A DNA stretch of 64,000 nt from Gnetum montanum. Its lineage: Eukaryota; Plantae; Gnetophyta. Position 1 is the stretch's first letter. Every line of letters begins with the position of its first letter. Shown here piece by piece: positions 54,456 through 64,000 of this stretch. A model generated the notes under the pieces. The model was not told the DNA's origin. It searched no databases and worked only from the letters and a program-made list of their open reading frames with translations. The stretch spans positions 62,001 to 126,000 of the forward strand of contig MNCI01002242.1 in the NCBI GenBank assembly GCA_015680685.1, given 5' to 3'. The translations under genes and the position numbers were made by a program.

Positions 54456-55545
54456 TTAATGGAGTTTAGAATGAAGTCCTCTATTATGGAGTACCTCCTT
54501 AGCATGCATATGATCTTTACCTTTTCTAACATCAAGATGTTTGTTTGAGTCTCTAGCTTCTACCTCTATCTTTCTCACCTTGGGCCTCCAAACCTTTCTA
54601 ACCTACAAGTCATACTTTCTAGGCTTCTTTTGATAAGACCATGTAGTAAATTCATAATGCTTTAACTATAAATAATAATGAGATTACTTATGCCCATATT
54701 TTCCACAAAAATAACACATAGTTTTTTTTTCATTTTGGTTGCATGTACAAACCTAGGTGTGTACCTCCCATTTGATGAAGTGCCTATAGATGTTTCATTG
54801 TGGAAATTATTTCTTAGATCTCTTCCATTATTTTGATCTTCACCTTGTTCCAACATGATTTGTAAAGTATTATTCTCTTGTGTTATCCTTTCTTTGATGA
54901 GCTTCATATCTACAAGATCCTACTCATAGGAAAGGGTTAACTTTTGATTCTTAGCCCTTAGGTCTAAGTTTTTCTTTTCAAGATCTAAGAATTTCTAATT
55001 TAGTTGTGAAATTTCTAGTTCTTTATCTTGTAAGACCTTTTTCATTTTGATACATAAACTTTAAAAGGAAATTATCTCATTAAAAAGTAGCTCATATCTT
55101 TCTTCTAAAGAAGTCTCATCTTCTTCAACTTCATTATCAAAGATTAAATCATTAATGGGTTCTTGATTTGCCAAGGCTATATGTGAACAATATGAATCTT
55201 CAAGTGTATTTCTTGTTTCCTCTTCATCATCCCAACTTATATACATGTTACTTCTTCTCCTTTCTTCACTATACTCTTTCTCTTGTGACTTGAAACATTG
55301 GGGCATTCAAAAGCCATATGGCCTCTTCCACCACATATCCAACATTTCATAGAGAAGGTATAAAAATTTGAAAGTTTATATTGCATACCTCTAGTCTTAC
55401 CTTTGCTGCCCAAAATGTCTCTTTCCAAGATGTATGCACAAACTAAGAACATTATGTACTTAAAGAACTCTTGCATTTGAGTCTTCTAGCATGTAAAGGT
55501 GACCCCATTGAACATTGATGACTTGATGTATGATCCTCTTTCCAT
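54456..55545 (-). pseudogene. shortened Copia/SIRE gag
   Basis: N-terminal MFNGVTFTC*KTQMQEFF (FDGxNYxxWKxRM-like), zinc knuckle CWICGGRGHMAFECP, coiled-coil, second knuckle remnant and VWRPK. Confidence 0.8.
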
Positions 55546-55601
55546 CGTTTACTCCTACATTGCTATGCTCAAAATTAGGAGTACCATGCTCTAATATCGC
55601 T

Positions 55602-56731
55602 TGTGGATTGAGAACTTAGAAGGGGGATTAAATAATTTTTCCAGTTAAAATTACTGTAGCCACCAAAATCAAAGATAATTTTTACATGGTTCCCCAACTT
55701 GGGTATGTCCACACTTGGAGGATAGAATCCTTGCATACCTCTATACTTTGATCCTTTAAAAATGTGGTTTGGAGGGCACAATAACCTTTACAAGCTTTGA
55801 GATTCACTCTGAATTGTTTCATCACTATGAAACCACTCAACCTTGCAAGGTCCCAACAAGTTCAAAATATGGTTTAAAGGATCCCACAACTTTTATAACC
55901 ATCAACTCTATACCAAAGTGTTTTGTTGGTGAAAAATCACTCAACCCCGCAAGATCCTGATAAGCTCAACATAGATTCCTTCTTGCAAGAAGCACATAAA
56001 CCCCACAAGGCTACAAATAAAATAGAAAATAAAGAAAAACAAGAAGAGAGTGTAACTACACTTTATAAGTTTCTTGCATTCAAGCTTTCATAAAACAATA
56101 TACAAATGATATACAATAAAGAACACAAATGCTACATAAGATGTATACAATGATGATCCAATTGTGTGCATAGTGCACTCTAATTCTCATGAATTTTGCT
56201 CTATTTTATACTCTTCAAGTTACTAAAAATCCCTTGGAATTCATCCAACAACTAGCCAGTGGCTAGAGAACATCTAGCAAAGACGTCTATCTTTTAGTGG
56301 AGACATCTATCTTTCAATATAGATGTCTATCTATCAATTTCTTCAACTCAAGAAAGACATCTCCCTTGATGTGCAGATGTCTACACATAGATATCTATCC
56401 TTAGACATCTATCTTAGGAGGTAGACATCTACTGTCAGAATAAGACATCTACCCTGCAAGCACTTTTGAACTTTAAATCTCCCTCTAACATTTTAGCATA
56501 TTGGAAGTCCCTGAACATCTTGAATTGGCTCATAGACTCTGTTAACATCCATGTTCTTAACTTGTCCTCTCTAGTCTTTGTTTCATCATTGAGCTTATAT
56601 TCTTGAAGTCTTGTCTCTCTATTTGAAGTTCTTTGCTAATTAACTTTCTTATGGCCCTACAAGATCACAATCACATACACATTCTACATTCTCCTTTTTC
56701 TCTAAGGTTTTTACATACCAAAATTTCAACA
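55602..56731 (-). repeat. 5' LTR of SIRE-like element 1
   Basis: Pairs with 28653-29782 and is adjacent to the PBS. Intact AGACGTCT palindrome at 56281. Confidence 0.9.
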
Positions 56732-56736
56732 ACACA

Positions 56737-59700
56737 TACATTGGTTAGTCAAGCCATACATACAACCCTACATCCTAGCACTTGCATCCCTTTGATCACC
56801 TACTAGCCTACCTTCTTATTGGAATTTATTGTTCTATAATCTAGTTGATCATAGATCATATAGTTGGGACAATCCCTATGGATGTACCTAACCTTGCTAC
56901 AAAAAAGAAAGTAGGAGAATCACAAGTGGTTCCATTACTTAAATACTACTAATGTTGGACACCTGATCTATACTCTTTTACCCATTTGTATCCATCCAAT
57001 TTTTTCTTTAAAGAGAATTAACCCCACTTTCGGAAACAATCTTCATGCACTACTTTTACCAACTCACTACTCTCTAAATGCATTGCATGAACACATGCAT
57101 CCTCATATTTCTAAAAATGAAGGGAAAATACTGATCCTTGATGGACACATGTCGAGCATAAAAAAACTTATTCATCCAAACTTTTCTGTTTATATGTATG
57201 TGAGGTACATGCATACTTAGCTTAGAAAATTACCATTGTACTTTGTACTAGAATAATTACCCTCATAGAGTTGATAAAACTCATCAACCTTTTCCTTCAT
57301 GTACTCTAAAGGAATATAACACTTAGTGAAAATAAGTAAAATCTCACTTTAATAAACATCACTATCCTCCTAACACCATGTCTTCTCTTGAATAGTCCAC
57401 CAATGTCTAGTTAATTACTTCAGCTAGTAGATTGTCAATTTCATTTGTTGCTTAGAGTATAACCTCTTAGCTTGAAGGCCTTAATGTTCTCCTCCAACCA
57501 CTTAGTAGTAGTAGTAGAATCCCCCTCACCCTTAAAGGTAGTTGATCCTAACTTACGAAATTATTTCATAAGTTCTCACTCCAGGAATTACCTTCCATCA
57601 CTACCACTACGCAAACTAGCATGTGATAAAGGCATGTTCAAGTTCTTCTCCATCTATTAATGAAGGAACTAAGATTAGTGATTAATTTCCACATAGCTAA
57701 TTTTCTCATTCAAAGAAAGATTAACAGATGTAAGAGCCTTCTCCTATGATCCTTTCTTGTACACCTCTAAAGGATTCAAAATAGTTTTAGGAATTAGAGT
57801 TAGGCTACTAAATCCAACATCTACATTCCTACCACACTAATGTCCATGTCCATCACTTGCCATTACTATAAATAATCACAAGACATCAAGGACTTATCAT
57901 GACCTATCTCTAATACTAGCTTGTAACACCCTCACAACTAGCCCTAGTTAAGAGAACATTACATTAGGTATGAATCCCCTAAATGCATGATCATGGCAAT
58001 AACTAATAATGAATCAAATGTGCTAATAAACTATGAAAAGAAAAGTAATAATAATATCAAGAAGCCATGACCAAAAGATACTAACTTGAATCATAATTAA
58101 AGATAATATTCTAAGTATATAAAGAAATACAATAGCTCTATAAATACATATTAAGCATAAATAATCCATCATCCACAAGAAATAAAATACATAATATGCT
58201 CAACACATGAATATTCATTTCATAGTCATATAAAGTATATTTAAAATTAGTTTAATACAAGTCCATCATCTTAAATTATAAATTATCATATATCAATCTA
58301 CCACTAAAAAACAGATAAGCTAAACATATAAAATCATCATCTAAAAAGCCTATGATCCTCCTACACCTCCTAGTCCTGGTAATCTAAAATAAAAAAGGAA
58401 ATCAATAAAACTAGGTGAGAAACTTTAGCACTTTTTCCTAATCAATCAAAGATAAGTATCATGAATGAGGGCTAGGCAAAGGGATATTAACCTTCAAGAA
58501 CATGTTAGTACAACATGCATGTAACATACATACACATCAAACAGAGTAAGTGAGACCACCAAAATAAGACATCATGGTCCACTCCAACCCATCGACTTGC
58601 AAATAAGAGGAGACTAGCATGAACTACTTAGTTTCAAGCATGAGAATCATTTCTATGAATACTCAACCTATCATCAATCAATCATACTATCATATGCATG
58701 GATTTATTAATTAATTCTCAACTAGCATAGTGTTAGTTGAATAGCCTAGTAGAAATAGCATGAATGTATTCCTCTTAACTTCTCCATATTTCTTTTATGT
58801 TGATTAGAGTAGGAAGTATTGGAAATATTTACTTTGATATTGGTAACTTTACTCTGATGTAATAGTTGTTATAAGTATTCTTTGTTTGAAGACAATGGAT
58901 CCTAGATAGTTAGACAATGAGCAAATTACTAAAAAGAGTAAGAAAAGGATAAGAAACTTCATGCATGGCTCATTTTGAAAGAGGTAAAATCCTATACAAA
59001 AAATTATAAATAAGGATGGATTCCTCTCATCATAATTACCTTTCATTGTTGATTTGAAGTGAATAGAAGCTTATCCTTTCTTCAATTCTTACATGCTCTT
59101 GTGTAAGCTTCTATGTGCTTGAGGAAGCTCTTCGAGCTTCTTCCCTTTTTATTTTTTACCTTCTTGTATCATGGTTGTTACATCTTGAAAAGTAAATCCT
59201 CCTTCCATTGATTCTTCTCTCAAGTTTTGACATGCTCTTCTCTCATAATTTCTTTCATTTTGTGCATTCTCATATGTTTCTTACATGCATATTCAAGCTT
59301 CATGTTCTCTTAAGTTTCTAAAGCTAATGAAATGTTCTCTCATGTTTCTAGTGAACTACTGAAGAATGTAAAAGTTATTTTATGACGTATTTTACAAGCT
59401 TTGTTCCCAATTAAAAATTCAAGTTAATTTCTTTCATTTTTCATGTTCATGTTAAAGGGTTTCAATTCCTTTCATATTGATTTCATGTAAAAGCTTATAA
59501 ATCTCTTTGCATGAGCTTTTTCCAAGCTTCTATAGCTTGTAAGATTTACTTCTCCTGTTTATGTTAAGTCTCAAAGATCATTTAAATTCATTTTAGTAAG
59601 GATTCAATGGTTTATGCATGTTTTTATTGGGTTTGTGCATGTTGTAAATAGTTAAAGAATTGGATTTGTTTTTAATGTTTATCTCCTAATTCAAGTTTAT

Positions 59701-60342
59701 CTTAATATGTTTATAGGTTATGGAGAATTTTTTTAGATATTAGTATGAACTATGTGTCTTTGAAATTATCCATAAGTCATTTAAATTTTGTTTTGCAATC
59801 ATTCTTTATTTTCTACAAAACCACTACTTCACCATGAGCAGTCCACAACTCATGGTGAGAATGGTACCATTTCTAAATAACCACAAACCATGATGAGTAA
59901 TTACAATCTCACCATGATCTATGGTGAATGGCTAGAACTTGTGGCCTTTGATTTCAATAGTTCCATGACCCATGGTTCACTTGTAGGATCAAATTTAAAG
60001 TACATAAAGTATCATGTAGGCTAGAATGTTCACCATGAATTGGCCATGACTCATGGCCAACTCATGATTTGCTCAAAATTAATTCTCTTTATTTTGAAAC
60101 ATTAAGACCTATGGAAAGCTCATGATAATGTAGCACAACTTAACCATAACTAATGTTTGGCCACCACATGACTGATGTAGCACCACTTAACCATAACCAT
60201 GTTGCAATTTCTTCAGTCATGGTTAGATACCATGACTGATGAAATTGCAACATGAACACCTTATCACTTATGGTTGCACTTGTCATGGCTGAAATTTACT
60301 ACTTTGAAGAACCTTCCTCAATTACTAGCTTTTGAATCAATT
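56737..60342 (-). mobile_element. Tekay/Del-like chromovirus remnant: gag (56737-57860), PBS (57907-57918), long 5' LTR (57922-60342, interrupted)
   Basis: Decayed knuckle FLFCSKVRYIHRDCP at ~56865-56910. Decayed TGGTATCAGAGC next to a TGTAACACCC LTR terminus. Confidence 0.7.
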
Positions 60343-63300
60343 TGTGGATCCTTCAACTTAGAAGGAGGGATGAATAAGTTCCTAAAATTAAAATTTCTTA
60401 AGACAAAGAACACACTAAATTTAATATGTTTCCTCAACATGGGTAGTCCATACTCATAGGGTAATTTGCAAGCACACCTTTAGACTTTGTTGTTCTCAAA
60501 TATGGTTTCAAGGGTACCACACCTTATACAAGCTCTAAGCTCTGTAATGGAGTGATTCAATGTTACAAATCCACTTAACCCTACAAGGTCCTAACAAGCT
60601 TAAAAAGTGGTTTCTAAAATTCCATAACCTTTACAACTTAAGCTCTACTCCAGAGTGTTGCGGCACTACACTAACACTCAATCCTGCAAGATCCCAACAA
60701 GCTCAATCAATATGCCTTCTTGCAAGAAGCACATCAACCTCACAAGGCAACAAAAGAGAATAAAAATCACAAGGAAAGAAAGCAAATAATTTTATTGATC
60801 CTTGCACTTTGAGGAATAGCTTACTTTGACCAATTACAAATAGATAAATGATTATATAATAAGGAAAAATAATGAAGATAATGATTATTTGATGATTACA
60901 CAATGATAATACAAAAGCTTGCACATTTCCCAATGAGAATTATGTCTTCTTATAGCCACTATGTTTCCTAAATCACCTCAGAGTTTAGATAATAGTTACT
61001 ATAGATGTCTTCTTTATGACTAAGACATCTTTCTACATCTAGCCTCCATTTTAGAAGACGTCTTCTTTTTGGGAAAGACATCTTTCTACAACTAGCCTTC
61101 ATTCTGAAAAGGCATCTTCTTCTGATGAAAGACATCTTTCTGTTAAAAAAGATGTCTACGATTTTGCAGAGACATCTTCTCCTATGCTACCTTCAATTCT
61201 ATTAAGACATATTCTATTTCTTGGAGTTATCTTTATTCACCTTGCTTTGCACTTTGAATTCTTCATTCCTTGTCCAAGTTCTCAAACTTTCTCATATCTT
61301 TCTTGTCTCACTCCAAGGTCTTGATGGTGTCAACTTTTCTTGTAAGTCCTTGCGGTCTATAAAGTCCTTGTTTACACACCTTCCCTACAAACACAATCAA
61401 CCACACAAACATACAAGCATCCTTGTACTACATTTTACTTAACATTTTGACACACCAAAAAGGTCAACAATCTCCTCCTTTTGGGTGATGTTAAAAACTT
61501 AAGAAAATGGGTTAGTAGACATAAAAATATCCAAATATTTCTATAACTATACTCTCGCCCTTTTTGAACAGTAGCAAAAAGGATAAAACATATAAATCTA
61601 TCAAAAAAGAACAATATGCCAAAAGTACTTAATTGTAGCTATAAAATAGTCATAAAAGATATGCATTGAGCACAATCTCTATCTTCAACTACATCACAAA
61701 GCAATTTTATCATCCTTTCATTAATAGATATACAAGTACTTCTTACTTCAATGAAGTCCATATAAACAAGAGAGGCTTAAGTACTTAAGGGAAGATATAT
61801 TCATAGCATGCTAAAATACCAAAGTAGAGAAGTTAGGTGAAAAGACACAAACTTTAAAAAACAAATTTGTATGTTGTCTTCAATTCATTAAGATCTATCC
61901 TTTAGAAAGAACAAGCCACAAAAAATTCAAACATGACTAAAAAATCCTTGTAATTTATGAAAAAGAGAAAATAAACTTGCAAGCCAAATACAAAAGATGA
62001 AGCATCTAGAATCAAGTAACCTATCAACTTGAACCAAATATCTCATTAAAAATTATATCTCAAGATTATATACATATCCCGTAGTACAATTTGCAAAGGG
62101 CTAAAAAAGGTTAAACGAGATAGAAGTTTCCCCTTATTGAAACCCAAATTTTGATGATCAAATAACCTTTTTTTTAACCAATAAACTCATAAGATAGACG
62201 AATATGTCATAATTCTATTAGCACTCAAATCTTATGAAAGCATCATGAAGGTAATTATATGGCAAGAAAGAAAGGATACACTTGTAAGTATAAAATAAAT
62301 TCTCATGAAGAATGACAAATACCAAAATTAAAACAAGCGAATGTTCAAAAGTAACCAAATAGAATCTTAATATGATGTTCAAATACTAACCAAAAGATAG
62401 CACAAGGTAAAATGTCTGTAAGATAACTTAACCAAGATTTAATTCTTCTTTTACCTTAAATACTATACCATACCCTTGCATGACATTAGTCCTTACTCAT
62501 TATGATATATTGTTGTGTGAGTGCTTTTTGGCAGAAGTGTCTAAATACCCCCCAAACATTAATGAACTCCAAGATAGATAATGAGAAACATGCTCCCCCT
62601 ATACATGTGTAGCTCTTCTTGGACTTTTAAGATCATTTTGTAATTGTTGTAAATCAGCAAATCACTACTACTGTAAGTTAACATAAAGGTCAAATGTGGA
62701 GACTAATGTCTCCAAGTAGTAATATGAATAGAATATTCAAAGTTGTGTCTACTTAAAAATCATGACTTATCACAACAATGGCTAAACTATCCCAAAGGGC
62801 ATGAGCTTAGAACCAGATCATCACAATAAGTATAGATCATGTAGGATTAAAAGCAAGACAAAAAACCAACTAAAAATATTACAAGATAAAATCCCAAAGG
62901 AAATCAATACATGTGCTACACTACATATTTTCATAAATTGGATGAATCTTAAAATGGATATAAGAGATACTCTAAATAATCATTTCAACAATTTTCTAAT
63001 CTAAACATGACACAAAAAATTTTGGACTTCTCAAATCATGTACTTATTAACTAGCAAGGAAAGAGATGCAAACTTGCCTTAACTGACCTTACTTATAGGT
63101 GAAAAGAAGATTAATGGAGTTTGAGATGAGGTTCCCTATCATGAAGAACCTCCTCATTCTTAGGTTCTCTTTCATTAGATCATGTATGTGATGTCGCTAT
63201 TTGTTCATGGTCTTTATGAAAGAACCCTTGATCACTTATTGCATCATTTTGAAATTTCCACTTATCTTCATTTTTAGCTACTAGTGCCTACACAATTTCC

Positions 63301-64000
63301 TTACCAAAGCCTTTTTGACAAAACCAAGCATCATTCTTATTTTAATCATCATGAGAATAGTTGAGGGTTTGCTTACTACCATAGTTTTTACACACAAATA
63401 AAGTATTCTCCTCATGAATAATGTTACCAAACTTGATTATGCTAGAGCTTGAATTTTCTTGTGTAACTTTTTCAAAATTCTTTGGCTATTTTTTAAGAGA
63501 CTTCTCTTCTTAAAAAAATTTTGCTATCCTTATTTAAAGAGGTTAGTTGTTGAATCTTAGCTTTTTTGTCTAAGATCTCTTCTTTCACTTTATTGTGAAT
63601 AGCATCTAGCTTAGAAATTATAAATTTCTTTGCCTTCCTAATAAAATAATATAAAAGAAAAATTTCTTCTTTGAGTTCACTATACCTTTCATCCTACTTA
63701 CCACCTTGGTTATCCATATGTGAAGAATTTTCATCTGTAAGTGCCATGCATATGAGATGTGAATCTTTGAAAGAATTGCATGTTTCTTCTTTTCTTTGCT
63801 CACCATCATCCCAACTTTTATAAAAGTTGATCTTTTTCAATTCCTCATCATTGGATCTATTCTTTAGCTATACCCTACTATCACTAGGACATTCAAAGGC
63901 CATATGGCTTCTCCCTCCACAAACCCAACATTCCATAGAAGAGAAATCTAAGTTAGAATTCAAAACATTTTTGCCTTTTTCTCTACCTTTGAATAGATTG
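60343..64000 (-). mobile_element. second SIRE-like gag-only element (3' LTR 60343-61469; gag 63111-64000; continues beyond window)
   Basis: LTR is homologous to 28653-29782 and has a PPT at 61470. Knuckle MECWVCGGRSHMAFECP at ~63886-63936. Same gag C-terminus (SKLH*) as element 1. Confidence 0.85.

Larger units (their letters stand above)
28653..56731 (-). mobile_element. SIRE-like Ty1/copia non-autonomous element (gag only), interrupted by Tat copy 3
   Basis: Two 1130-bp TG..CA LTRs, TSD GCACA/ACACA, decayed tRNA-Met PBS at 55588-55599, several PPT-like tracts (29783, ~29972, ~30403), and a C-rich LTR end motif. Confidence 0.85.

Overview
This window is gene-free, AT-rich, strongly CG/CHG-depleted plant heterochromatin made almost entirely of old, nested LTR retrotransposons. 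I found no intact protein-coding gene. (1) There are three members of one Ty3/gypsy Tat (Ogre/Retand-type domain order) family on the + strand: copy 1 (1-10509), copy 2 (~13430-23490) and a full-length copy 3 (31222-53537, TSD AGATG/AGATT). (2) An Athila-like pol remnant lies on the - strand (23510-27720). (3) A Tekay/Del-like gag-PR element (-) is split by a gag-only SIRE-like Copia element (-, 28653-56731), which contains copy 3. Copy 3 in turn contains a young CpG-rich solo LTR (50049-51629, perfect TSD CACCT). (4) A second SIRE-like element starts at 60343. The most interesting structure is in the Tat family, where protease and RT are separated by a 3.8-9.6 kb candidate intron with conserved borders and variable contents. 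In copy 3 it holds a decayed antisense gene of about 8 exons plus about 15 palindromic ATCCACGCTGG/CCAGCGTGGAT units at ~187-bp spacing. In copy 2 it holds only that array. In copy 1 it holds intronless host-gene fragments (CBS-PB1 and NIPA) plus a 63-bp palindrome array. In each copy the motif variant in the intron matches the one in its own LTR. This suggests a possible sequence-specific trans-factor/target (VANC-like anti-silencing) system in a retrotransposon, which is inference only. All alignments were made by eye, and ancestral motifs are reconstructed by reversing C>T/G>A decay.
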